Assembly (NCBI RefSeq): GCF_009914755.1
Contig: NC_060942.1
Reading direction: 5' to 3' (one strand)
DNA length: 64,000 nucleotides
Origin: the human T2T-CHM13v2.0 reference genome, Homo sapiens
The position numbers were made by a program, and so were the translations under genes. Of the stretch, positions 13,921-27,331 are shown one piece after another (the stretch's first letter is position 1; every line of letters starts with the position of its first letter). The notes under the pieces were generated by a model. That model was not told the DNA's origin and ran no database searches. It was given only the letters and a program-made list of their open reading frames with translations.

Positions 13921-14546
13921 AAGTTGATTCCTGTTATTCACAGTTGTTATTTTCTATAAAGTTACTGCAAACACTTAATTAGATCATATGAAACCATTGC
14001 TCTTAGGAAAAATCAGGATTAGTTTCCCATGAGCCTCTATCACAATATTTTTTACAATTGAGCAATAAATACACAACCTTGTTTAATATATGTTTCTGTT
14101 TAAAGATACCTTACTTAACATATGCTGTTGATTCATTAACATTGATTTCACAACCAATAGTACTGTAACTCACGGCTGAACAAGCTGACCTAACACATGT
14201 ATTTTCTCCATAAGGCACATCACAGGCTTCTTGTGCTTGGAAACACTTCAGCACTACATTCAAGAGTCATTTTAAACAGTGAAATCACTAACAAAAAACA
14301 CCAAAATATGAAACACATGGCACTAATAGAACACGAAAAGAACATTTGTTTATAGTATCAGAGCTGGAACAAAGAGAGAGTGTTCAACCTTAGCTAGGAA
14401 TGTGTTAGGTGGCTCAATTTTTTTGCCACTCTGCACATGCCCCACAATGACAGCAAAAGTGCTGCACTGATTTGAGGGTTACAAATAAATTTTAGGGAGT
14501 AGGCAAATTTGCAAATATGATATTCACAAATAATGAGGATCCACAA
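13921..14546 (-). mobile_element. MER82 (TcMar-Tigger)
   Basis: Near-full-length resemblance to MER82, with TIR-like ends (agttgattcctgttattc / aataatgaggatccac). Confidence 0.8.
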
Positions 14547-14577
14547 TATCATTCAAACACTAACCAAAAGAAAGCCG

Positions 14578-16657
14578 GTCCTAGTCAACATAGTACTAGA
14601 AGTCCTAGCCAGAACAATCGGCAAAAGAAATAAATAAAAGACATCAAATAGGAGGAAAGTAAGTCAAACTCTGTCTGTTTGCAGACAATATGATTCTATC
14701 CCTAGAAAATTCTGTAGTTGCTGCCCAAATGCTCCTAGTTCTGATAAACAACTTCAGCAAAGTTCAGGATACAAAATCCATGCATGAAAACCAGTAGCAT
14801 CTCTATACACCAATAACCTCGAAGCTGAGAGCCAAATTGAGAATGCAATCCCATTCACAATAGACACAAAAAAGAATAAAATACCTAGGAATACAGCTAA
14901 CCGGGGAGGTAAAAGATCTCTACAACAAGAATTATAAAACACTGCCCAAAGAAATCAGAGGTGATACAAACAAATGGAAAAACATTCCATGCTCAAGAAT
15001 AGGAAGAACCAATATTGTTAAAATGGCCATATTGCCCAAAGCAATTTACAGATTCAATGCTACTCCTATCAAACTACCAATGACATTCTTCACAGAATTA
15101 GAAAAAAACTATTTTAAAACTCATATGGAACCAAAAAATGGTCCTGAATAGCCAAGGTAATCCTCAGCAAAAAGAACAAAGCAGGAGGCATCACATTATT
15201 TAACTTCAAACTATACTACAAGGCTGCAAATAACCAAAGCAGCATGATACTGGTACCAAAACAGACACATAAACCAATGGAACAGAATAGAGAGCCCAGA
15301 AATATTACTGCACACCTACCACCACCTGATCTTCAACAAAGTTGACAAGAACAAGCAGTGAGGAAAGGACTTTCTATTCAATAAATGGTGCTGGGATAGT
15401 TGCCTAGCCATATGTGGAAGATTGAAACTAGACCCTTTCCTTGCATTATATAAAAAATCAACTCAAAATGGATTAAAGACTTATATGTAAAACTTAAAAC
15501 TATAAAAACCCTGGAAAATAACCTTGGAAATACCATTTGGGACATAGGCCCTGGCAAAGATTTCATGAAGAAGATGCCAAAAACAATTGCGACAAAAACA
15601 AAAATTGACAAACATGACCTAATTAAACTAAAGAGCTTTTGCGCAGCAAAAGAATCTATCAACATAGTAAACAGACAACCTACAAAATGGTAGAAAAATA
15701 TTTACGAACTATGCATCCAACAAAGGTCTAATATCCAGAATCTACAAGGAACTTAAACAAATTCACAAGCAAAAAATAAACAACCCCATTAAAAAGTGGG
15801 CAAAGGAAGTGAACAGACACTTTTCAGAAGAAGACATACATGTAGCCAATAAGCACATAAAAAATGCTCAACATCACTAATCACTAGAGAAATGAAAATT
15901 AAAACAACGAGATACCATCCCACAACAATCAGAGTGACTATTCTTAAAAAGACAAAAATAACAGATGCTGGTGAGGTTTCAGAGAAAAGGGAATGCTCAT
16001 ACACTCCTGGTAGGAGTGTAAATTAGTTCAGCCATTGTGGAAAGCAGTTTGGTGATTTCTCAAAGAACTTATTTGTCCCAGCAATCGTATTAATGGGTAT
16101 ATACCCAAAGAAATATAAATCATTCTACCATAAACACACATGCAGGTGTATGTTTATCACAGCACTATTCACAGTAGCTAAGACATGGAATCAACCTAAA
16201 TGCCCATCAACAGTAGACTGGATAAACAAAATGTGGTATATATACACCATGGAATACTACACAACCATAAAAAAGAATGTCATCATGTCCTTTGCAGCAA
16301 CATGGATGCAGCTGGAGCTGTAGGAGCTGGAGCTCCATAGATGCACGGATGGAGCTGGAGGCCATTATCATAAGTAAACTAACACAGGAACAGAAAACCA
16401 AATACTGCATGTTCTCAGTTATAAGTGGGAGCTAAATATTGAGTACACATGGACACAAAGAAGGGAACAACAGATACCAGGGCCTACTTGAGGGTGGAGA
16501 GTGGGAGGAGGGAGAGTATAAAAAACTGCTCATCAAGTGCAATGATTATTACCTGGATGGCAAAATAATCCGTACACCAAACCCCTGTGAAATGCAGTTT
16601 ACCTGTGTAACAAACTTGAACATGTACTCCTGAACTGAAAATAAAAGTTGAAAAAAA
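14578..16657 (+). mobile_element. 5'-truncated L1PA (PA15/16-like)
   Basis: ORF2 RT-to-C-terminus remnants, L1PA13-16-type 3'UTR, aataaaagttgaaaaaaa end; short TSD-like aaaRaaagc. Confidence 0.9.
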
Positions 16658-17614
16658 GCACTGGATTTATTATCAGTCTAAATAACATTCAGAATGAGGT
16701 TACTAGAAATAAAGAGGGACACTCTCTAACAATAAAATGGCCAATTCACCAAGAAGACATAACAATCTCAAGTGTACATGCATCTAATGAGAGAGCTTCA
16801 AAATACATACCACTAAAAGTGGTAAACCAAAATGAGGAATGGAAAAATCCTCAATTTTTTCTAGAGGTATTAGTACTCCTCTTCTAGTAATTAATATGCC
16901 AAGTAGGCTGAATATCAGTAAGGATATAAAAGAGGTAAACAACACCTTCAACTCACTGTATCAAAATGACATTTATAGAGCATTCCACCTGAAAGAGTAA
17001 AATATACATTGTTTTAAAGTGCATGTAAAACATTCACCAAGATAGACCACATTCTGGCTTATAAACATACCTTACCAAATTTAAAACAACTGAAACAATT
17101 GCAAGTTTATTATCCAATCATAATAGAATGAAACTAGAAATCAATAACAAAAATTCATCCAGAGAATTCCCAAATAATTGGAGGCTAAACAATACACTTC
17201 TAAATGATCCATGGGACAAAAAGGAGGTTTCAAGGGAAATTAGAAAATATTTTGAAATGAATGAAAATGAAAATACAACATCAAAATTTTTAGAATACTC
17301 TAAAGCAATGCTTAGCTGGAAATTTATAGCATTAAATTTGCTTATTTTAGAAAACAGAATGATCTAATATAAACAATATAAGTTTTGTCTTAAGTCAAGA
17401 AAAACAAGAGCAAAACAAAGTCAAAGCAAGAAGAAAAAAGGAAATAATAAAGAGCAGGAATCAACAAAATTGAAAACAGGAAAAACAATAAAGAAATCAA
17501 TGAAACTAAGAGATGTATCTTTGAAATGATTTTAAAAACTAATAAACCTGTAGCCACGCAGACAAGGAAAACCAGATAAGACACAGATTACTAATATCCA
17601 GAATGAAAGGGAAA

Positions 17615-20570
17615 TGTCTTTGTCCATTTTCTGCTGGTATAACATAATACCTACAGACTTGGCAATTTACAAAGAACATAAGTTAATTTGGCTTATGGTT
17701 CTGGATGCTGGGAAGTCCAAAATCATGGCACTGGCATCTGGTGAGGATCATCCCATGGTGGGAAGGTGGAAGGCAGAAGCACATATATGAAACAGAGAGA
17801 AATGGAGCCAAACTTATTCTTTTGTCAGGAGCCCACTCCTGCAATAACTAACCCACTCCTACAATAATGGCATTAACCCATTCATGAGGACACAAACTTC
17901 ACAACTTAATTACCTGTTAAAGGTCCCCCCTCTTAATGTGGTTGTTACAATGGCAGTTAAATTTAAACATGAGTTTTGGAGGGACATCCAAACTACCGGA
18001 TCCCACCCCTAGTCCCTCAAAACTCATGTTCTTCTCACAATGCAAAGTATATTCATTTTATCCCAATAGTCCCAAAAGTTTTAACTTATTCCAGCATCAA
18101 TTCAAAAGTTCAAAGTCCAGAGTCTCATCTAAATCAAAGATGGCTGAGATTCAAGGTGTGATTTACCTTGAGGCAAATTCCCTCTAGCTGTGAACCTGTG
18201 AAATCAAAACAAGTTACCTATTTCTAAAATGCAATGGTAGGACATGCATAGGATAGGCATTCCCATTCCAAAAGGGAGAAATAGGCCAGAAAAAAAGGGT
18301 TAACTGACCCCCATGTAAGTCCAAAACCCAACAGAAAACAACATTGAATGTTAAAGCCAAAGAATAATATTCTTTGACTCAATGTCCTGAATCCTAGGCA
18401 CCCTGGGACAGGAGTTGGGCCTCAAGGCTTTGGACAACCTTTCCCTCATGGTTTTGGTGGGCTCAGTTCATGCTTCAGCTCTCTTGGGTTGAAGTCTTTT
18501 GCCTGAATCTTTCCCAGGATGGCATTTTATGCTGGTAACCCTACAGTTCTGTGGTCTCAGGGGTGGCCTCACTTCCATGGATCCACTTGGCATTGCCCTA
18601 CTGAGGAATTCTATGGCAGCTCCACCCATGGGCAAGTTTCTTCCTGGGCACCAAGGTTGATTATTGTTAAGGACAAACCTCCCCAAAAAAGCTTCTTGGT
18701 ACAGCTGACACTTCCCCTAAACCTCTCCGTGCTGCCCACCCCTCCCCATTATGCTTTGCAACTCTTCTCTGTGCCACCCATCCTTCCCCCTGAGCCCCTT
18801 TACACTTCTAAGCCCTTATGTAGGTGCCACAGTGAAGCCAGCAGACTTTACCTATCAGGCCTTGCTGCAAACCCTTGCTTGTAACCCTAATTACAAGCCA
18901 TCCAGACTGCACAGGGGGATGTCATGGGAAGCATAAACAAATTTTACCTACACCCTCCTGTAAATTCTACCATAAATGTCACAAAGTGATATGTGGCAAA
19001 ATTAACCAGCAAACAACCCCGGGATGTGGCCATACCAAAGAACTCCCCCAAACTCCCCTACCCAATATAAACCCCTCATTTTGTAAGCTCAGAGCTGCTC
19101 CTCTGACTGTTAAGAGGGCAGCCAGCAGGTTAATAAAGGCTTGCCTGAACTTGGGTCTCCTCTCTCTTTTGTCCATTCTCTCTCAGCTGACCTTACAATT
19201 ATGACTTTCTTTGAAATCTAGGTGGAAAAATGCATGCCTTCACAGCTTTTGTATTCTTGCACTCGCAGAATTAGCTTCATGTAGATGCCACCAAGGCTTA
19301 CAGCTTGTACCTTTTAGAGCAGCAGGTAGAGCTACACCTGAGCCCATTTGAGCCATGGCTGGAGCAGCCAAGGAGAGTTATGCTGAAATGTAGGGAGCAG
19401 AGACCCAAGACAACTCTGTGCAGCAAGCCTGTGGAGGGCACCTCATCCCCATCCCCCAAAACCATTCTGCCCTCTTAAAGCTCTCAGCCAGGGATAAGAG
19501 GGACAACCTAGAAGATCTTCGAAATGCCTTTGTAATCTTTCTCCCATTGTCTTTATGAATAGCACCTGGCATCCTTCTATCCATTGTAATCTCTCTAGCA
19601 AATGATGACTTGGCCACAGCATTCTGCCCTCTGCATTCTCTAACAAACACACTTTTTCACTCTTTATATAGCCAGGCTCTTAATTTTTCAAATTTTTCTG
19701 CTCTGCTTCCATTTTAATTATAAATTTTGTCTTTAAGTCATTCCTTTCCTCTTACATCTCACTGTATGCTATTAAAAGTAACCATGCCAGATATCCTAAT
19801 TCATCACTCTTAAATTCTGCATTCTGTAAAGCTCTCAGGCATGGACACAATTCAGTCCATGTCCTTGCTACTTTATAACAAGGATGGCCTTTACTCCAAT
19901 TTTCAACCCCTTGTTCTTCATTTTCATCTGAGGCCTTATCCTTTACCATCCATATTTCTACCAACATTCTGGTCACAACCACTTAAACAATCTCTGAGAA
20001 ATTTCAGACTTTTCCTACAGCTCTCTTTTTTTTTTTCTGAGCCCCCACAAGAATCACCTTTAATGCTCTGTTCACAGCAATACAGACTTTTCTAGTCTGC
20101 TCCTCCAAATTCTTCCAGCTCCTACTCATTACTCAGTTCCAAGGTTGTTTCCATATTTTCAGGTATTTTTATAGCAACAGTCCAACTTCTCAGTATCAAT
20201 TTTCTGTCTTAGTTCATTTGGTGTTGCCATACCAAAATACAACAGACTTAGTGATTTATGCGGACAAGAAATTTATTTGGCTCACGATTCTGGATGCCAG
20301 GAAGTCCAAGAGTATGGTGTTCATATTTGGCAAGGGTCACCCCATGGTGGAAGGCAAAAGCAAGCATGTGAGACAGAGAGAGTAATGGGGCTGAAATCAT
20401 CCTCTTATCAACAGCTCACTTCTGCGATAACTAATTACTCACTCTTGCAATAGTGGTATTAATCCACTTATGAGGGGAGAATCCTCATGACCTAATCACC
20501 TCTTAAAGGTCTACTTCTTAATACTGTTATAATGGCAACTAAATTTCAACATGAGTTTTGCAGGGGCTAT
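17615..20570 (-). mobile_element. Two-LTR MST (MSTC-like) MaLR provirus with internal region
   Basis: Two similar LTRs (17615-18000 and 20205-20570) in the same orientation flanking MST-int sequence. Confidence 0.85.
18665..19197 (+). mobile_element. ERVL-class solo LTR (LTR32-like, tentative) inserted in MST-int
   Basis: TG…CA ends, perfect 5-bp TSD attat (18660-64, 19198-202), TATAAA 19066, AATAAA 19132. Confidence 0.85.
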
Positions 20571-20869
20571 TACTATAGAACCCATGTATATTAAATAGAA
20601 AAGAGAATATTACAAACAACTGTATTCATGAAAATTCAACAAATTAAATGAAATAAGCAACTTTACTAAAAAGCTACTGAAATTCACTCAAGATAAACAA
20701 AATAAACCTATATTTACTAAAAATTGAATTTATAATTAATGACCTCCCTATGAACAAAACTCTATAACCATATAGTTTTACTGGTGACGGAAACATTTAA
20801 AAAAGAAATTATACAATCGGTCTTATATAAGCAGAAAAAATTGAAAAATTCACATCATTTTCTAATAGT

Positions 20870-21232
20870 AGCCCAATCTGTTTGTGCTACTATAATAAAA
20901 ATATCATAGACTGGGTAGCTTAAACTTTAGACATTTATTTTACACAGTTCTAGAGGCTAGGAAGTCCAAGATCAAAGTGTCAACCAGTTCAGTTCCTGGT
21001 GTGTGGCTCTCTTCCTAACTTGCATATGAATGCCTTCTTCCTGTATTCCCATATGGCAGAGAAAGAGATAATATCTCTCATGTCTCTTTCTGTAAAGTTA
21101 CTAGTTCCATTTATAAGGGTCCCACCCCCACGACCTCTTCTAACCCTAATTATGTTCCAAAGGCCCTACTGCAAATACCATCACAGTAGAGGTTAGGGTT
21201 TCAATATGTAAATTGGTGATGAGGGAACATTT
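20870..21232 (-). mobile_element. MLT1A-like solo LTR
   Basis: cacagttctagaggctaggaagtccaagatcaa…ttagggtttcaatatgtaaatt. Confidence 0.8.
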
Positions 21233-22006
21233 GAAAATATTCAACATCTATTGATGATAAAATCTCTCAGCAAACTAGGAATAGAAGGAAACTTCTCTAA
21301 CCTAATAAAAAGTATCCACAACAAAACAAAACTGCAGCTAATTTCATGCTTAATGGTAAAAGACTGAATGCTTTCCCCTAAGATTGTAAACAAGGCAAGA
21401 ATGTCTTCTTATTACTCCTATTTAATATTGTACTAGAAGCACTAGTCTGTACAAAAAGGCGTAAAATTAGAAAAGAAGAAATAAAACTTTTTTCAAAGTA
21501 CCTGCCTACATTTAAAAATCCTAAGGAATCTACAACTTATCTCTTACAACTAATAAAAGAGTGAAGCAAGAACATAGAAAACAAGGTCAACATGCAAAAT
21601 TGAACCATACATAGTATAAACTAGCAATGAATGTGCGGACATCAAATTGTTTTTAAATTACATGTACAATAGCTCCCCCCAAAAGATACATTTAGGTATA
21701 ATATAGCAACATATGCAAGATCTGTATGCTGAAAGCTACAAAATTCTGATGAAATGAAGAAGAGCTAAATAAACTAAGAGACACATCTGTTTATGAATTG
21801 GGGCTCAACATAGTTAAGAAGTTCATTCTCCACACACTGATCCATAGATTTCAGGAAATTCCATCTAAATTTAGGCAGGATTTTATGTAGATATAGGCAA
21901 CCTGACTCTAAAATTTATATGGAAAGGTAAAGGAACTACAGTAGCCAAAATAATGTTGAAAAAAAAAAGTTGGAGGACTTACACTATTTGGTTTTAAGAC
22001 TTACTG

Positions 22007-22394
22007 CAGGTTGAGTATTCCTTATCCAAAATGCTAAGGGCAAGAAGCATTTTAGATTTTGGATTTTTTTCAGATTTTGGAATCTTTGCATATACATAAT
22101 GAGGTATCTTGTGACTAGGACTCACGTCTAAATACAAAATTCATTCATATTTCATATATATCTTATGCACATAGCCTATACGCATATATTTCTTATACAC
22201 ATATATTTCATATACATCTTATACGCATAGAAGGTAGCTTTCAATGATATTTTAAATAATTTTGTGCATCAAACAATGTTTGTGTTAAGTATGTGTGGAG
22301 TTTTCCATTTGTGGCGTCATGTCAGTGCTCAAAAAAGTTTCAGATTTTGGAGTATTTTGGATTTCAGATTTTTGGATTAGGCATGCTCCACTTG
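22007..22394. mobile_element. Tigger4b/Zombi (MER46-type) MITE
   Basis: TIRs caggttgagtattcc…gcatgctccacttg followed by TA. Confidence 0.8.
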
Positions 22395-22506
22395 TATAAA
22401 ACTATAGTGATAAAGACAGTGTGGTCTTAATGAAAGGACACACATATAGATTAATTCAACAGACTAAAGGTTTAAAAATAGATGCTCATAAATATAGTCA
22501 ATTAGG

Positions 22507-22656
22507 TTTTGTTGTTGTTTGTTTTTAGGAAAAGGATCTTGTTCTGTCTTCCAGTCTGGAGTGCAGTGGCTCAATCCTACCTCAAAAAGGATCCTCCCAG
22601 CTCATTCTCCCTAGTAGCTGGAACTACAGGCATGTGCAACCACACAGAGCTAATTT

Positions 22657-22724
<68 letters not shown>

Positions 22725-22820
22725 TTTCTTTTTTTTGGTAGAGACAAGGACTATGTTCTAAAATTTCCCTGGCCTCAAACAATTCTCCTGCCTTGGCATC
22801 CCAAAGTATTGGGGTTACAG
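22507..22820 (-). mobile_element. AluJ with expanded middle linker
   Basis: Diverged Alu, truncated near its 5' end and joined to an MLT1 fragment (22820-22985). Confidence 0.85.
22655..22722. repeat. (TTTC)17 microsatellite
   Basis: Uninterrupted tetranucleotide array in the Alu linker. Confidence 0.95.
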
Positions 22821-25800
22821 AAGGTGCTGTCTATGAGAAAGTGGGCCCTCTCCACACATCGAATCTGCCAACATCTTGGACTTGGAATTCCAGCCTCCAG
22901 AACTGTGAGAAATAAATTTCTATGATTTGTAAGCCATTCTATCTACGGTATGGGGTTGAAGCACTCCCAGTGGTCTAAAACTTGGTATGGTTTCATTTAT
23001 ACAACAGTCTGAAAAGGCAAATCCATGGGGATAGGAAAGAGATCAGTGGTCACCAGAGATTGGTGGGGTGAGGGGGAAGGGGGAACGGTTTGACTACAAA
23101 GGGGTAGCACAAGAGAAAAACTAAGTGCAATGAAACTGTTTTGTGGTCATTACATGAATCTATACATATGTTGAAACTCATATAACTCTATGCCAAAAAA
23201 GCCAATTTTTCTGTATGTTAATTTTTAAAATAATACATAAATAGAAGTTGAAAGACTATGCTAACAGAAAAGAATTTTTTTGTGTTGGCACATTGTAAAC
23301 CTCACAGTTATGACAGTCAGATATATAATTTGTTTATTTATCAATGTGTCAGGAATTTGTTAAGAGGTTTATATAAATGAATAAAAGTTATAAATACCTT
23401 GCAATAAATACTTTCTTATATGTATTTGGAAATTCTTTCTAGAAATATTGGTGCGAAATATTTTTCAGATGAAGCTTAGATGTCAAGAGACTGGCTGTCT
23501 TTTTGCTTACAATTACACCATTTTTATTCCTCCATGAGATCCTTGTTATCATACCTTGCCTAATTTTTATGCAAGAAAAGAAATATTTTTATGTTGGCAA
23601 TTCACCTGACTTGAAGGCAATCCAAGCAAATCAAGTATATATTAGGCCTATCCACAAGAAAGATAGACTAATCCCTGAATTATATATTAATCATGAAAGA
23701 AAGTGGGGAATGGCCCAGGGATAAGGTAACTTCTGCCCTCACTTTCCACCTCACACTCTGTTTCTTCTTAGCTCTTCCTCAAGGAAGAAGGAATTTAGGA
23801 AAAGAAACCTGATTGTTCAGAGTCTGGAATTCTTTGGGTGAAACCATGGTACTGAAAAGGCATTTGAATTTGTGAACATTCCCTCTTTCTCTTCCTGGAA
23901 TTAGGCCAAGAAATATCCTGACATTCTCTTGTGTACTTTGTCACCTTTAATACCAATGGTCAGTGGTCTTTCTTCCTTGTTCCTCATTGACTTTGCCTAC
24001 AAATTAGTAATAATTCCTTGATATTTCCCCACAAAACCAAGAGCACTGTATTAGAAGTACAGAACTCCTCCCAGAAATGTTTTTCCTCCTGAATGTAAGA
24101 TATTGCTATAGCCACAGCCTAAATAACCTGGATCAGTTTAGTATTATGGGACAAATATATTTCTCCATATTGGTTGTGTCACCCCCTTTCCTTTGGCCCT
24201 GGTAGTATGCTTCTTAGCTTTCTCATATTGCTTTTGAAATTTTCTACGTTCAGTTTATGGGGGTGGGAGGAGGAGGAATAAAGCAATTTAGGAAAAGGAA
24301 GCAAGAGGCCTCATTTTAGTCTTTAGCCTAAGTCATGTAGCCTAGCTTAGTTTAACTTCTATTTAGGTATATATGGTACTTACACAGAAATTAATATATA
24401 TGTATACTTTATACCTCATTTAACTGTTAATAATTTCGTATAGTTCCTTCAGACAGAAGCATAAATAAATGATGGGCTTCAAGTAATTAACTCCTTAAAA
24501 AATTAGTAGTCATGCCCCTTACCTTCAAGGGGTTTGAAAACTGGCATGCACAAAATTAAAACCCTCCTAAATTATAGTCTATTAATAATAAGAGAAAGAG
24601 GAAAAAATAGAATTGAACTGTCTGCCTCATGCAAACTGAAAAACAACCCAAATACCCTGTCCAATTTAAGCTGTATTCTTTACAATCTATAGACTAACTG
24701 AAACAAAAAAATGTAAGAATATGTTATGGCATATAAGACTAAATCCTAAATAGGGTTAATAAAGTCTCATTCTAATTCCCCCTCATTCCATTGTACTTCT
24801 GGACTAGAACTTGTTCTACAAATATCTGTCACTCTTCACCTTTGCCTTTAAGGTAAAGAGCCAGGAGAATCATTCAAAGGGAGACCAGTTAGCTGAGGCA
24901 AGTTCAGAACTGTACCTCAGGGTTCTTGCCCTCCTGTGCTAAAATCCAAAAAAGCTACAATGTGTTTTGAAGGGCACAGTACCCACTGACCCAATTTTAT
25001 GAATAGCTCCTTGTTAATTTATTGTTATATTCATCTTGGCTTATATAACACCCTTTTAATAATTTTGGAGTGATCTTAGCACATGACCCTGTTTCTTCCC
25101 TTTCTGAGTGTTAGGTTAGCTTGAAAGAAAGGGGTGGGAGTGTATTTCCTTTAACTAGTACAAAACATCTGGATTCCCAGATTATTATAGAGATTTAGAA
25201 AAGCAATAGGCAAGAAATGAGGTTGCAGTGCTGAAAATCTGGCGGAGTTCAAAAGCAATTCATTGTTCTGCTTTTCTTTCAGAATAATACACATCACTAT
25301 ACGAATTAGAAAACAAATGATCCATAGATGAGAAGGTAAGTTGACACAGTATTTTTAGCATCCTGTTCTTATTGTCCCAAATGCTTATGATTTTTCAAGA
25401 GAACCCCAAAATTGAAGAAGTGATGAAAAAAAAAAGTTTCCCCAGACGTTTCTGTATCTATCCTATCCAGGTCAATTCACGCCATATCTGACAGTTATGA
25501 ATAACTTCTACTTTCCACACAGAACAAAACACTAATACAAAACTTGAAAGTAAAATGGAAAAGTAAAGTCCTGTCCAAATTGTGGGCTCTTTAAACCAAG
25601 CCAGTCTACTCCAGAAATTCCCCACTGTTCATTACAGTGGCCATCACTCACGATCTTGCTTTTAGAAAATGCCTAGTTAACATCACGCAACAACCCTAAC
25701 TCTTGTACAACACCATATCCCTCCCCTCCTTGGAATGGAAAGGATATGCTGAGTCTCTGGCTACATCTGACCTTGGACCAAAAATCATCTACCCCTGGAG

Positions 25801-27315
25801 CCAGTGAGATATTTTGTCAGGAAGAAAGGTTGTGGGAGAAAAAGACAGAATGCGAGGTCAGAAAACTCCATTAGAGACTAGCAAGATTATCTGGAACCAG
25901 CCTCCCTGGGGATGGTAGAGTAGGAATGATATTCCTTAACTCTCAGGGTAATTAGGAGATCAAATGAGATAGCAGCATGAAACTGCTTTGTAAAGTGTTA
26001 AGTGCTGTATAAATGCAGCAAAGAGCTGTTTTCCAACTTCCTTGCTCCAGTGTTGATTGAATGTCCTTTGCTATATGGAACAATTTCCTCCCTTGAGTTA
26101 TTTAGGATGGGCATGGGAAGAGCTCCTGGGCATTCCTTTAAGGCGTTCCTCTAAGAACCACTGCCTGTGGTAAAGCCAGAGCCTACAGAAACTCATCCCT
26201 CCCTCCCCAGCTAGCATTCTGAGGGGGAGGGGGAGGGGACTGACTTGCTCTTCTCAAGTTTTGCTAATTGAATTTTTTGAAGAAAAGACTCAATTCTTCC
26301 CTTTAAAAAAAAATGCATTACGCCTTTTCTCCCCAGCCATCTGAAGCCCATGACCACAGCAAATACATGCCAATCTTTCAAGTTAAAGACCCCAGGAACA
26401 AAGCTAGAGAGTTCTAGGCCCCTCCAGCCTTCCCCACTCCCTGTTTTCCACAGCAGTCTTTAACGAAATCAGACCCTAAAATGCGTGAGAGAGAAATACT
26501 TTGGATCTACCCCTAGAGACAGCGTCGGACGTTCACAATGACCACGCTTTTCCCCGCTTCCTCGATTAGCCTGGCCTCCCTTGCTCCAGTGGGGCGGACT
26601 CAAATGCGCACGCACGCACACGCCGCCAAGCCGGTCAACCGCAGACAAATCTGACTCTTCGCCAACTAGTAGCCACGGAGAGCAGCAAAGGGACCAAGGT
26701 CCTTCACCGCCTGCTCCAAAAAGACACGGCAACCTCCAGCGGCGCCGCAGTAGCTGCCTCTGTGCTGCAGCCTCCGGTCGGAGTTTCAGGTCTAATTCCT
26801 TAAGAAGTATCGCTCCTCTGCCCTTCGTCCTACTCCCCTTGGCTTCGCCCACTTCGCCTCCTTCTCCTCGGGAGGCCAGGAGGACCCGGGTCACTTTGCC
26901 AATTCTGCGGAGGGGGAAGTAGCAGTGAGGGAGATTCCCACGCAAGTAGCCCGAAGCCCACTACTCTTTGCCCCACCTCTCCACTCTCTTGCCCGTGTAG
27001 GTGCCGGTGCTGCTGGCGAAAGTCCCAGTTCTTAAGGCTCCTGAGCTCGGAAGGGGTGTGGAGGAGCCAGATGGGAAGAGAAGCAGCGGGACGAGGGCGA
27101 GGAAGGGCTGGAGATTGTTAGAGGACAGATGGGGCGGGACTGGGGAGAGGGGCGAAGGCGACGCGCCGAGGCACTCCTCCGCCCCATGAGCACAGACAGT
27201 AACTCCGAAACGCGCAGATGGGCCGTAAGGTAAAGAGGCCTTTTTTCCCTCTCCTCTCCGTCCTCTACCCCGCTCCCCTCCTAGACACTTGGTGAAAAAG
27301 CAAGGTGCGGTGTAC

Positions 27316-27331
27316 CTGGAGCGAACACCAT
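27316..27331 (-). CDS. AKAIN1: First coding exon (1a) of A-kinase anchor inhibitor 1 microprotein; encodes MVFAP(G); rest of CDS outside window (left)
   Basis: - strand reads gaaatc ATG GTG TTC GCT CCA G|gtacac: strong Kozak (A-3, G+4), phase-1 GT donor, inside CpG island, no upstream ATG in the preceding ~230 nt. MVFAPG matches my recollection of the AKAIN1 N-terminus (MVFAPGEKPGNE...). Exon 2 is not in the window. Confidence 0.85.

Larger units (their letters stand above)
13790..23245 (+). mobile_element. Ancient L1M (L1ME-like) ORF2-3'UTR body fragmented by later insertions
   Basis: Collinear ORF2 remnants at 13790-13920, 14547-14577, 16658-17614, 20570-20865, 21233-22006, 22395-22505 (e.g. 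KEGH…HQEDITI…ASKYI; KLEINNK…NNWRLNNTLLND) and L1ME-type 3'UTR at 22985-23245. Confidence 0.75.
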
